DNA of 64,000 bases from an uncultured Acidobacteriota bacterium. GTDB lineage: Bacteria; Acidobacteriota; Thermoanaerobaculia; UBA5066; Gp7-AA6. The first letter of the stretch is position 1, and each line of letters starts with the position of its first letter. Both the position numbers and the translations under genes were made by a program. The DNA lies in assembly GCA_963764715.1 (NCBI GenBank), contig CAVXTP010000006.1, forward strand, positions 352,001 to 416,000, written 5' to 3'. This document shows, piece by piece, positions 47,989 through 57,013 of the stretch. The notes under the pieces were generated by a model that did no database searches, was not told the DNA's origin, and saw only the letters and a program-made list of their open reading frames with translations.

Positions 47989-48909
47989 ATGGACTCCGTC
48001 TTCTTCGATCCGCCGTTCACCGACGACGAGCGCCGCGAGCGGCTCTACGGCGGGCAGCTCCTGGTGTTCTCGCCGCGCCCCTCGGTCAATGCGCTGCGCG
48101 ACTTCGCGCGCGCGATGGTGACGGAGGCCTTCGGCTCACTCGATCCGGTCAAGGCCCAGTTCCACCTTCCGGTCGAGGAGTACGTCGCGATCCTCGCGAA
48201 GCTGAAGCCCGCGTTCATCAATCACCCCGAGTGCAAGAGCCTGCTGCGCGCGATCCTGGCCGACTTCGGCTGCGATCTCACGAAGACGTACTTCGACGTG
48301 CCCCGGATGCGGACGTCGACTTCGGATTCCTACCTGACCTCCGGAATCGCCTACGCCTTCCACCCCCATCGCGACACGTGGTACTCCGCGCCTCAATGTC
48401 AGCTCAACTGGTGGTTCCCGATTTACGAGGTCGAACCGTCCAACGGAATGGCCTTCCACCCGCGCTACTGGTCGAAGGGCGTCGCCAACAGCTCGCGGAT
48501 CTACAACTATGCCGAGTGGAACGCGCGCAGCCGTCAGGAAGCCGCCAAACACATCCATTCCGACACGCGGCCGCAGCCCCGCGCCGAGGAGCCTCTCGAG
48601 CTCGATCCGCAGATCCGCCTGGTGCCGCCGCCCGGCGGGCTCATCATGTTCTCCGGGGCCCAGTTGCACTCGACGGTGCCGAACACGTCGGGAAGGACGC
48701 GCTTCTCGATCGACTTCCGGCTCGTGAACATCGACGACGTCGCCAACCGCCGGGGCGCTCCGAACGTGGACTCGGAGTGCACGGGCACCACGCTGCGCGA
48801 CTACCTGCGCGGGACCGATCTCGAGCACATCCCGGACGACCTGGTCGCGGCGTACGACACGCCGCCGAGGGCGGAAGAGGCCGGGCACGGAGCCTCCAAC
48901 CCGCACTGA
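47989..48909 (+). CDS. Putative 2OG-Fe(II) dioxygenase-fold protein
   Basis: HPHRDTW (HxD), QLHSTVPN, RFSIDFR. Confidence 0.7.
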   Translation: MDSVFFDPPFTDDERRERLYGGQLLVFSPRPSVNALRDFARAMVTEAFGSLDPVKAQFHLPVEEYVAILAKLKPAFINHPECKSLLRAILADFGCDLTKTYFDVPRMRTSTSDSYLTSGIAYAFHPHRDTWYSAPQCQLNWWFPIYEVEPSNGMAFHPRYWSKGVANSSRIYNYAEWNARSRQEAAKHIHSDTRPQPRAEEPLELDPQIRLVPPPGGLIMFSGAQLHSTVPNTSGRTRFSIDFRLVNIDDVANRRGAPNVDSECTGTTLRDYLRGTDLEHIPDDLVAAYDTPPRAEEAGHGASNPH

Positions 48910-48939
48910 CTCCGCTTCGGCCGCGCCGGCCCGCGCCCG

Positions 48940-50274
48940 TCAGATCGCGATCGAGGCGAAGCGCTCGATCTCGCCGACGGGCATCGGCCGCGCGAGAAGG
49001 AAGCCCTGGCCGTAGGGCACCCCCAGGGACTGGAGGACGCGGAGCTCCTCGCGCGTCTCGATGCCCTCGGCGATGACCTTGGTGTGCATCTTGCGCGCGA
49101 AGCTCATGAGGGCCTCGAGGAGGTCCTGCTTGACCTGGCGCCGGTCGATGCCCCGCACGAAGACGTTGTCGAACTTGAGGTAGTCGGGCTCGATGTCGGC
49201 GAGCGAGGAGAGGTTGGAGTACCCCGTGCCCACGTCGTCGACCGCGATCCGGAAGTTCTGCGAGCGGAACTTCGACAGGACCTCGCGAAAGAGGCCCTCG
49301 TAGACGGCGTAGGTCCGCTCCGTGATCTCGAGGACGATGCGGTCGGGCTCGAGGCCCAGCGCGGTGACCTGGTCGCGGAAGAGCGGCCCGAGGAACTCCG
49401 GGTCCGACGCCGCCGCCGGGGACAGGTTGAGGAAAATCTGCCGGCGGTTATGACCGTTGGCGGCCGCCTCGAGCGACCGCTGGCGACAGACCCGCTCGAG
49501 CGGGACCAGGAGCTCCGTGCGCTCGGCGAGCGAGAAGAGCGTCTCGCCGCTCTCGAACTCGCTGCCGCGGGGCCCGCGCGAGAGCGCCTCCATCCCAATC
49601 ATGTTTCCCGTCGCCAGATCGAAGACCGGCTGGAACACGGGCTGGATGTCGCGCCGCGAGATGACGTCCTGGAGCAGCTCGCCGCCCCGGATTTCCTGCC
49701 GCACGGTCTGCCGGGTGACCTGGTCCCGCGCCTCCTGGACGCCGCGGTAGACCAGCCGCTCCACGCGGTGCTTGGGGTCCTTCATGATACGCGCCGCGCC
49801 CACGAACGAGCGAAAGCGCGCCGAGACGTCGGCCCGCTCGGCGAGGTATCCGCGGATGAGCTGGTCGAGCTCCGCGGCCTTCTGGCCGAGCGCCGTCGGG
49901 CCCTCCATCGCCGCGCTGCCCTCGGGGCTGACGAAGAGGATGATCTCGTCCGAGCGGACGTTCGGGAGGCAGAAGGTCCCCTGCGGCACGATCCCGTCGG
50001 TCTGGAACGCCTTGAGCCGCCGCACGAAATCGAGGAGCAGGTCGTCGTAGGCTTCCCAGCCCCAGACCTCCTCGACGTGGCCTTCCGAGCTCGGGCGGAA
50101 GACGAGAACCGAGATGGAGCCCCGCTCCGCGAGCCAGTTTTTGAGGTCGTCCACGAGCACCGCCACCGTCGGGAGCCCCGTCTCGCGGTCGTAGAGACGC
50201 GTGCGCTCCTTGAACCACTTGCCGCGGAGCGCGACAAGCTCGCTCTGCTTGCTCGGAGGCGTCTTCGTCGTCAC
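48940..50274 (-). CDS. EAL c-di-GMP phosphodiesterase with degenerate GGDEF-like N-terminus
   Basis: FQPV..EALSRG, FLNLSP, LEITE, DDVGTGYS, AEGIET, GQGFL; DRETGLP...RSDEI at the N-terminus. Confidence 0.9.
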   Translation of the reverse strand: MTTKTPPSKQSELVALRGKWFKERTRLYDRETGLPTVAVLVDDLKNWLAERGSISVLVFRPSSEGHVEEVWGWEAYDDLLLDFVRRLKAFQTDGIVPQGTFCLPNVRSDEIILFVSPEGSAAMEGPTALGQKAAELDQLIRGYLAERADVSARFRSFVGAARIMKDPKHRVERLVYRGVQEARDQVTRQTVRQEIRGGELLQDVISRRDIQPVFQPVFDLATGNMIGMEALSRGPRGSEFESGETLFSLAERTELLVPLERVCRQRSLEAAANGHNRRQIFLNLSPAAASDPEFLGPLFRDQVTALGLEPDRIVLEITERTYAVYEGLFREVLSKFRSQNFRIAVDDVGTGYSNLSSLADIEPDYLKFDNVFVRGIDRRQVKQDLLEALMSFARKMHTKVIAEGIETREELRVLQSLGVPYGQGFLLARPMPVGEIERFASIAI

Positions 50275-50314
50275 AGTCCTGCCCGGTGTCCCGTCAGGAT
50301 AGCACCCAAACCCC

Positions 50315-52387
50315 TCAGGCCTCCGACGGAACGGGCAGCGCGCGGTCGTCCTGGAGGCGCGCGATCGCGTCGTCGTTGCCCAGAACCACGATGACGTCGC
50401 CGTGCTGGAACCGCTCCGGCGGCCCCGGAACGAAACGGCGCTCGAGGCCGTCCCGTCCCATGCGCTTCACGGCGATCACCGAGACGCCGTAGCGCGAGCG
50501 CAGCCGGAGCTCCGCCATCGTGCGCCCCGCGAGGGCCGCCGGGATCTCGAGCTCGACGAGGTGGTGCTTCTCCGGCAGCTCGAGAAAGTCGACCTCGCCG
50601 CCCTCGTCGCCGAAGGTGCGCACGGGCGTGACGAGGCGGTTGCGGCGCAGCACCTCGCTGTCGAAGGCGGCGAGCAGGTCGCGCTGGGTGACGACGCCGA
50701 GGAACTTCCGGCTGGCGGCGGAGTCGACCACCGGCAGCTGGCCGACGTCGCGGAACCAGAGCTTCTCGTTGACGGAGGTCAGCGGCTCCTCGGGCGTCGC
50801 GAACGGGATCTCGGTCAGGAGGTCCGCGGCGATCACCAGGTTCGAGAGCTCCCGCTCGGGGAAGGACTCCTTGATGTCGTGGATGTCGACGACCCCGAGG
50901 AGCCTCCCCTCCTCGTCGCCGATGTAGAGGAAGAGGCTCCGGGAGGACAGGAAACGCGACACGATCTCGGGCAGGGGCGTCGTCCGGGGCACCAGCGCGA
51001 CGTCGCGCCGCATGATGTCGGAGACCTTGAGGCTCGCGAGGGCCGTGGCCTCGGGCGTCGATTCCCAGACGATGCCGGCCGAGCGCAGGCTCGCGACGTA
51101 CATCGAGTCCTTCTGGAAGATGCGCGCGCTCGCGACGGCCAGCACCGAAACGACCATCATCGGGAGGAGCACGGCCGTGTTCTGGGTCAGCTCGAAGATC
51201 ATGATCACCGCCAGCAGCGGCGCCCGCGTCATGCCGGCGAGCATTCCGCCCATGCCGAGCAGGGCGTAGCTGCCGACCGAGGCGGAGAGATGCGGCGCCG
51301 CCGCATGCAGGAGGTTCGCGACGATCCCTCCGAGCGCGGCGCCGAGCATGAGCGAAGGAGTAAAGACGCCGCCCACGCCGCCCGAGCCGATGGTCGCGGT
51401 CGTGGCGACCATCTTGCCGACGAAGAGGATGGCCAGGAAGAGCAGCGTGGGATTGCCGTGCAGGATCCCGTCGGTCGCCTCGAACCCGTTGCCGTAGACC
51501 TGCGGCAGGCCGATCGCGATCAGCCCGACGACCGTGCCGCCGGTCGCCATGGCGGCCCAGACGGGCAGTTTCGACCGGGCGAAAGCCTTCTTGCCGAGCG
51601 AGAGGACCCGGACGAAACCGGCCGAGCCGAGGCCGCCGAGGATCCCGATCAGCATGAACGGGACGTACTCGACGACCGACTCGACCTTGAACGGGGCGAT
51701 CTTGTAGACCGGGTCGTCGCCGAGCACCCAGCGGACGACGAGCGTCGAGACGACGGCCGAGACGACCGCCGGCCCGAAGAGCGTCATGGCGAAGGAGCCC
51801 ACGACGACCTCGAGCACGAAGAGAGTCGCCGCGATCGGCGTGTTGTACGCGCCCGCCACGCCCGCCGCCATGCCGCAGGCTGTCAGGATTCGGATGCGCT
51901 CGGGCGAGACCTTCCACGCCCGGGCGAGGGCCGACGCGCAGGCCGCGCCGATCTGGATGATCGGGCCCTCGCGTCCCTCCGAGCCTCCCGTGGCGATGAC
52001 GACGACCGACGCCGCGCCGCGAGCGAGGGACGGCCGCAGGCGCACCGTCCGGCGGCCCAGGGACACGACCTCGATCATGTGCGAGATCCCGGACAGGGTG
52101 ACCTCCCCGAAGAAGAAGCGCGCGATGAGCCCCCCGACGAGGCCGCCCGCGGCGGGCAGGAGCACGCGCAACCACGGCTCCAGGCCCTCGGCTCCCCCGA
52201 GGATGTCGCTCGTTCCCATGAGCAGGTGCGTCAGCGTCCGTGTCAGCCAGCGGAACGCGATCGCGCCGAGGCCTCCGGCGAGGCCGGCGACGGCCGCGAG
52301 GATCAGGAACTGGGTGTTGGGATCGCGCCAGAAGAAGCGTCCGAACTTCGCGGGGCGGGTCGGGGCCTCGCCGAGCTCACTCTCCAT
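50315..52387 (-). CDS. ClC chloride channel/antiporter with CBS pair and TrkA-C domain
   Basis: GGSEGREGP, GGVFTP, CBS repeats, C-terminal ELRLRSRYGVSVIAVKR. Confidence 0.92.
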   Translation of the reverse strand: MESELGEAPTRPAKFGRFFWRDPNTQFLILAAVAGLAGGLGAIAFRWLTRTLTHLLMGTSDILGGAEGLEPWLRVLLPAAGGLVGGLIARFFFGEVTLSGISHMIEVVSLGRRTVRLRPSLARGAASVVVIATGGSEGREGPIIQIGAACASALARAWKVSPERIRILTACGMAAGVAGAYNTPIAATLFVLEVVVGSFAMTLFGPAVVSAVVSTLVVRWVLGDDPVYKIAPFKVESVVEYVPFMLIGILGGLGSAGFVRVLSLGKKAFARSKLPVWAAMATGGTVVGLIAIGLPQVYGNGFEATDGILHGNPTLLFLAILFVGKMVATTATIGSGGVGGVFTPSLMLGAALGGIVANLLHAAAPHLSASVGSYALLGMGGMLAGMTRAPLLAVIMIFELTQNTAVLLPMMVVSVLAVASARIFQKDSMYVASLRSAGIVWESTPEATALASLKVSDIMRRDVALVPRTTPLPEIVSRFLSSRSLFLYIGDEEGRLLGVVDIHDIKESFPERELSNLVIAADLLTEIPFATPEEPLTSVNEKLWFRDVGQLPVVDSAASRKFLGVVTQRDLLAAFDSEVLRRNRLVTPVRTFGDEGGEVDFLELPEKHHLVELEIPAALAGRTMAELRLRSRYGVSVIAVKRMGRDGLERRFVPGPPERFQHGDVIVVLGNDDAIARLQDDRALPVPSEA

Positions 52388-52592
52388 CTTCGAAACGGTC
52401 GGCCTCCGCTTCCGAGATCTCGTCGTCCCCGCCGAAGAAGAAAGCGTGGGCGCACTCGGTCCCGCAGAAGGTGCTGCCCCCCATGCGCTTGGCGCAGCCG
52501 TCGCACACCGACTTGTGGCAGATCGGGCAGCGCGGAAGGGCGAAGAGAAACTCGAGGCCGCAGATGCCGCAGTGATCCGATAGACCGGGCAC
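52377..52592 (-). CDS. Small Cys-rich (8 Cys) zinc-finger-like protein
   Basis: CGIC, CPIC, CDGC, CGTEC plus acidic tail; overlaps the ClC start; start codon uncertain. Confidence 0.7.
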   Translation of the reverse strand: MPGLSDHCGICGLEFLFALPRCPICHKSVCDGCAKRMGGSTFCGTECAHAFFFGGDDEISEAEADRFEDGE

Positions 52593-52705
52593 GAGAAGAG
52601 TATACGGCGGGGCCCCCCGGCGACCTGTCCTCGCCCGCCGGAACCCCCTGTCCACACGACCAACTTTCCCGCCTGTCCCCGTGCCTGTACCATGGACTCA
52701 CATCC

Positions 52706-53320
52706 ATGAATCTCTTGCGGAGCCGTCGGAGGGGTTCGCCCCTGGTGGCCGTTGCCCTTCTCGCCGCGGCGGCGCTCGCGCGGCCTGCGACGGCGCGCGC
52801 GCAGCCGTATCCGGGGTTCTGGAAGGTCGGCAACCTCATCTACGCGCCCTGCAACTACGAGCCGTACACGAGCTACACCGACCCCTCGACGGGCTACGAG
52901 CGCTACATGCGCTACGACTTCTCGTCGATGCGGCCCGATCCCGCCCATGCCGGCCAGTTCGCGGGCTACGGAGGCCCCAACCACACGGCCCAGTGGTACG
53001 GCGCCGAGGGAAAGATCTACCCGATCCTTCCGCAGGGCGTCCCGAACCCGATCGGTTTCTACCCCGGGCCGCCGGCCGAGGCCGACCTCTGCGACGAGTA
53101 CATCTCGATGAACCCCGGGAAGCCCTGCCCGACGTCGCTTTCGAGCTACAAGACGAAGATCTCGAACAACTCCGTCTGGAAGGCGGGCCTCAACGCCTTC
53201 ATCGACCGGATCACGGAGGAGTGCAGCGCGCCGCCGCCGCCCACACCCACCCCGACGCCGGCGCCGCCCGGCTGCCGCGGCCGGTCGACCGGCTGCGTCA
53301 CCCCCGGTCCGGGCCAGTAG
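52706..53320 (+). CDS. Secreted hypothetical protein (Tyr/Pro/Cys-rich)
   Basis: RRR + hydrophobic signal ending ARA-Q; GC3-rich frame; PPPPTPTPTP linker. Confidence 0.75.
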   Translation: MNLLRSRRRGSPLVAVALLAAAALARPATARAQPYPGFWKVGNLIYAPCNYEPYTSYTDPSTGYERYMRYDFSSMRPDPAHAGQFAGYGGPNHTAQWYGAEGKIYPILPQGVPNPIGFYPGPPAEADLCDEYISMNPGKPCPTSLSSYKTKISNNSVWKAGLNAFIDRITEECSAPPPPTPTPTPAPPGCRGRSTGCVTPGPGQ

Positions 53321-53349
53321 TCCCCGCTTCGGCTCGCTTCCCCGGTTTT

Positions 53350-53358
53350 TGCTATCAT
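53350..53358 (+). promoter_or_regulatory. Extended -10 element for tRNA-Met
   Basis: TGCTATCAT 11 nt upstream of the tRNA. Confidence 0.5.
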
Positions 53359-53369
53359 CCGCCGCCCTT

Positions 53370-53446
53370 GGCGGTGTAGCTCAGCTGGTCAGAGCACGCG
53401 GCTCATATCCGCTAGGTCCGGGGTTCAAATCCCTGCACCGCCACCA
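53370..53446 (+). tRNA. tRNA-Met (CAT), elongator type
   Basis: GGCGGTGTAGCTCAGCTGGTCAGAGCACGCGGCTCATATCCGCTAGGTCCGGGGTTCAAATCCCTGCACCGCCACCA; G1-C72 paired, so not initiator; Ile2 not fully excluded. Confidence 0.9.
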
Positions 53447-53547
53447 ACTTTGCTCACGCCAATTCGGCACACTGGCCGCGGGCGCTCGGTCGGCGGCACG
53501 ATACGTCCAATGACGGGATTGAAGTCGAGCCGGGGTCGATCGCGGTA

Positions 53548-54312
53548 TCAGACGCCGCGGCGTCCGGTCTTCGCGGTTCCCAGGGTGCCGAGGACCAGGT
53601 CCCACAGCGGCGAGCTGACGCCGAAGTCGTGGCTCGAGTCCCCGTAGTGATGCCGGAAGTGGCGGCGCTTCAGCGCCCGGACGAGCGCCCAGGATCCGCT
53701 CGCGTGGTGCACGACGAAATGGATCGTGTCGTACACCAGGTATCCCGCGATGAAGCCGGCGAAGACCGCGGGCGCCGCGACCCCGAAGAGTCCCTTGAAG
53801 GCCAGGAAGAAGAGAGCCGCCAGCGGAATGCTCACGGACGGCGGCATCACGAGACGGGTCGAGTCGTTGGGATAGTCGTGGTGCACGCCGTGCACCACGA
53901 AGTAGAACTTGTGGCGCAGGGTCGGGAGGGCCGGCAAAACCGCCTGGCCTGGCGCGAGCGAGCCGACGACGCGCCGCGTGTCGTCTTCGATCCACTGCGG
54001 CGGATGAAAGATCGAGCGGTGAATGAGGTACTCGAGGAGCGTCCAGAGGAAGAGCCCTCCGAGAGCGAGGGCTCCCACTCTCGCGGGGCCCGTCGTCCGG
54101 AAGGCGGCCGCGAGCGCAAAGGCGATGACCGGCAGAAAAATGGCGTGCGGAGCCCAGGGGGGCACGTGGCTCAAGGCCTCCTGGACGCGGCCCCCGAACA
54201 TCCGACAGGAAGCGTCGTCGTTGTTGACGAACCGCACCTCACGGGGCGCTGCCTTCGCGTTCCCGTCCGGGGCGCCTCCCGACGTGCTCATCGTGGTTTT
54301 CGCTGCTGACAT
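53548..54312 (-). CDS. Fatty acid hydroxylase / sterol desaturase family protein (FA2H-like)
   Basis: EYLIHRSIFH, HGVHHDYP, YDTIHFVVH, HFRHH His boxes. Confidence 0.9.
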   Translation of the reverse strand: MSAAKTTMSTSGGAPDGNAKAAPREVRFVNNDDASCRMFGGRVQEALSHVPPWAPHAIFLPVIAFALAAAFRTTGPARVGALALGGLFLWTLLEYLIHRSIFHPPQWIEDDTRRVVGSLAPGQAVLPALPTLRHKFYFVVHGVHHDYPNDSTRLVMPPSVSIPLAALFFLAFKGLFGVAAPAVFAGFIAGYLVYDTIHFVVHHASGSWALVRALKRRHFRHHYGDSSHDFGVSSPLWDLVLGTLGTAKTGRRGV

Positions 54313-54335
54313 GTGACGACCTGACTCTCCTGCAT

Positions 54336-55712
54336 TCAACAATACCGGTCCCCGAATGATATGCGACTCGGGGCCCGGCCGCGAAGGCCCCGTGGGAATC
54401 GAATCTTTCGGCCGGCTTGCTCAGCGAAATGGGCGCATTCCGCTCTTTCGAGCCGCCCGACCGCGGGATTCGTCCTCGGACCCGGCGGAGTCCAGGTCGC
54501 CCGGAAGGCGAGCACCGCGTTGAGACCCCCGAAAGCGAAGGAGTTGGAGAGGGCCGCCTCGGGACGGGCGGCCCGAGCTCGGTTGGGCACGACGTCGAGG
54601 TCGCATTCGGGATCCGGGGCCGTGAAGTTCGCTGTCGGTGGAAGGATCCCCTTTTCGAGGGCGAGCACGGTGGCGACTGCCTCCAGGGCACCGGCTGCGC
54701 CCAGGGCGTGTCCGTGCATCGACTTGGTCGAGCTGACGGCGAGGCGATCCGCTCGAGCGCCGAAGACCTCCCGGATCGCGCGTACTTCGGCCAGATCGTT
54801 GCCGCGCGTTCCCGTGCCGTGGGCGTTGATGTAGCCGATCTGCTCTGGTGAGAGCTCAGCGTCGGCGAGCGCCGCCCGCATCGCGCGGGCGGGCCCTTCG
54901 ACGGTCGGCTGCGTCACGTGGTGGGCGTCCGAAGACATGCCGAAGCCCGAGATCTCGGCGTAGATCCGGGCTCCCCGGGCTCTGGCCGCCTCGAGCGGCT
55001 CGAGGACGAGCATCGCGCCGCCCTCCCCGAGGATCAGCCCCCGGCGATCGAGAGAAAATGGCCGGCACGTGTCCGGAGCGACGACGCGCATCGCCTCCCA
55101 GGCTTTCAGGTGACCCGGGGAAAAGGGAGCCTCGCTGCCCCCGGCAATCGCCAGGTCCACGGCGCCGCCGCGCACCATCCAGAAGGCCTGGCCGATCGCG
55201 TGATTGGCGGACGAGCAGGCGGTGGAAATCGTGCAGCAGGGACCGGTCAGACCGAACTCCATCGAGATCTGGCTCGCTCCGGCGTTGGCCATGGTTCGGG
55301 GAATCGAGAGGGGATGGACGCGGCCGGATTTCCGCTGATAGAGCTCGACGAAGGCCGCGTCCTGCGTGGTCTGGCCGCCCAGGCTCGATCCCGTGTAGAC
55401 GGCAGCGCGCTCGCGCAGTTCCGGCGTGAGCTCCACGCCGGAGTCACGCACGGCCTCTCGGGCCGTGATGACGGCGAATTGGGCGAAGCGATCCAGCAGA
55501 TCCATGCGGCCGGGATCGAAGTGCTCGGCGGGATCGAGACCCTTCACTTCGGCGCCGTTCTGAAACCGGAGGCCCGACACGTCGACGGACTCGATGCGGG
55601 CAATCCCCGAACGGCCGTCGCACAGCGCCGCCCACATCCGCGGGACATCGTGGCCGAGCGCCGAGATCGCTCCGACGCCGGTCACGGCGACGCGCCGGGG
55701 CGGCGAGGTCAT
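54336..55712 (-). CDS. Beta-ketoacyl-ACP synthase II (FabF-like)
   Basis: STACSS, NAHGTGT, TKSMHGH, SNSFAFGG; C-terminal extension uncertain. Confidence 0.9.
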   Translation of the reverse strand: MTSPPRRVAVTGVGAISALGHDVPRMWAALCDGRSGIARIESVDVSGLRFQNGAEVKGLDPAEHFDPGRMDLLDRFAQFAVITAREAVRDSGVELTPELRERAAVYTGSSLGGQTTQDAAFVELYQRKSGRVHPLSIPRTMANAGASQISMEFGLTGPCCTISTACSSANHAIGQAFWMVRGGAVDLAIAGGSEAPFSPGHLKAWEAMRVVAPDTCRPFSLDRRGLILGEGGAMLVLEPLEAARARGARIYAEISGFGMSSDAHHVTQPTVEGPARAMRAALADAELSPEQIGYINAHGTGTRGNDLAEVRAIREVFGARADRLAVSSTKSMHGHALGAAGALEAVATVLALEKGILPPTANFTAPDPECDLDVVPNRARAARPEAALSNSFAFGGLNAVLAFRATWTPPGPRTNPAVGRLERAECAHFAEQAGRKIRFPRGLRGRAPSRISFGDRYC

Positions 55713-55990
55713 TGGCTCGCGGGCGCGGACGGGGGCGCGGATTCGGCAGGACCGCGGGCGATCAGCGCCCTCAGTCCTTCGACGACGTCGCGGACGCTGC
55801 GGGCCGATTTCGCCGCCTCGTCGGGAATGACGATGTCGAGCCGGGCCTCGAGCTCGAAGAGCAGCGTGATGGCGTCCAGGGAATCGACGCCGAGCTCCGC
55901 GAACGTGCTGTCGATCGAGATCCGCTCCGGGGCAACGTGCTTGACCCCCGCCAGGGCGGCGATGACTGTGTCGGCGAGTGGATCGGGCAT
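55709..55990 (-). CDS. Acyl carrier protein
   Basis: LGVDSLD phosphopantetheine motif; coupled to the FabF-like gene. Confidence 0.9.
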   Translation of the reverse strand: MPDPLADTVIAALAGVKHVAPERISIDSTFAELGVDSLDAITLLFELEARLDIVIPDEAAKSARSVRDVVEGLRALIARGPAESAPPSAPASQ

Positions 55991-56146
55991 GAAGGCGAGT
56001 CTCGACGCGTCGGAACGTATCGGGCGCCGGTCGAAAAAGCAATAAGGATAGGGTTAAGGGAACGAGGGTCCGGTTCCTGCCGCGACTACGATCGAGGTGG
56101 CCGCACGGTGGAGACGAGTCGTTCCGCCGTGGCAAGCCGCGAGATC

Positions 56147-57010
56147 ATGAACGGGCGCTGCCGCAACCCGGGGATACGAAGCCTGCCGCTGCTCGTCTGG
56201 GCCATCCTGGCGTTGCCTCCGCGCGCGCTTGCGGCCGGACTGCCTCCTCCGGATTCCCTCGACCTCGGTTACCGGCGGATGTACGAGCTCGACTTCGAGG
56301 ACGCGCTGAGCGCGTTCTCGGCATGGCAACGGGCGCATCCGGAGGATCCGCTCGGGCCGGCTTCGGAGGCCGCGGGCACTCTGTTCTCGGATTTGAATCG
56401 ACTCGGAATTCTCGAGGCCCAGTTCTTCGTCCAGGACGAGAGCTTCCTCGGGCGGAAAGGCCTGCGTCCGGACCCCGATGCCCGCGCCCGGTTCGACGCC
56501 GCCCTGCGGCGCTCGGACGTTCTCGCGCGGACCAGGATCGCGACCGAGCCTCGGGACACGGACGCCCTCTTCGCGCTGACCCTCGTATCCGGGCTCCAGG
56601 CGGACTACCTGTCCCTCATCGAGAACCGGAACCTCGCGGCCCTCGGGCCGACGCGGCGGGCCACGGAGTGGGCGCAAAAGCTTCTGGCCGTGGCGCCCGA
56701 CTATGGCGATGCCTACCTCGCGACGGGGCTCTCGAAGTACCTCATCGGGAGCAGCCCGGCCCCCGTCCGGTGGCTCCTGAGCCTCGGAGGGTTTTCGGCA
56801 GACAAGCGCCAGGGAATCCGGGAGCTCGAGTGGACGGCGGAAAGAGGGCGCTACCTCGCTCCGTTCGCCCGGCTGCTCCTGGCCATCGCCTACCTGCGCG
56901 AGAACGACGGCCCGCGCGCGCGGAGTATGCTCGAGGAGCTGCGCGACGCGTTTCCCGAAAACCCGTTGTACTCCCGCGAGATCGCGCGAATCGACGCAGG
57001 CCGGAACTGA
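56147..57010 (+). CDS. Exported helical (TPR-like) hypothetical protein
   Basis: Signal-like N-terminus; DAYLATG, LRDAFPENPLY; 3 nt before the type III PKS. Confidence 0.7.
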   Translation: MNGRCRNPGIRSLPLLVWAILALPPRALAAGLPPPDSLDLGYRRMYELDFEDALSAFSAWQRAHPEDPLGPASEAAGTLFSDLNRLGILEAQFFVQDESFLGRKGLRPDPDARARFDAALRRSDVLARTRIATEPRDTDALFALTLVSGLQADYLSLIENRNLAALGPTRRATEWAQKLLAVAPDYGDAYLATGLSKYLIGSSPAPVRWLLSLGGFSADKRQGIRELEWTAERGRYLAPFARLLLAIAYLRENDGPRARSMLEELRDAFPENPLYSREIARIDAGRN

Positions 57011-57013
57011 CGC

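Noticed and set aside
45675-53446. att duplications of the tRNA-Val or tRNA-Met 3' ends
   Set aside because: None found by eye in the downstream intergenic regions within the window
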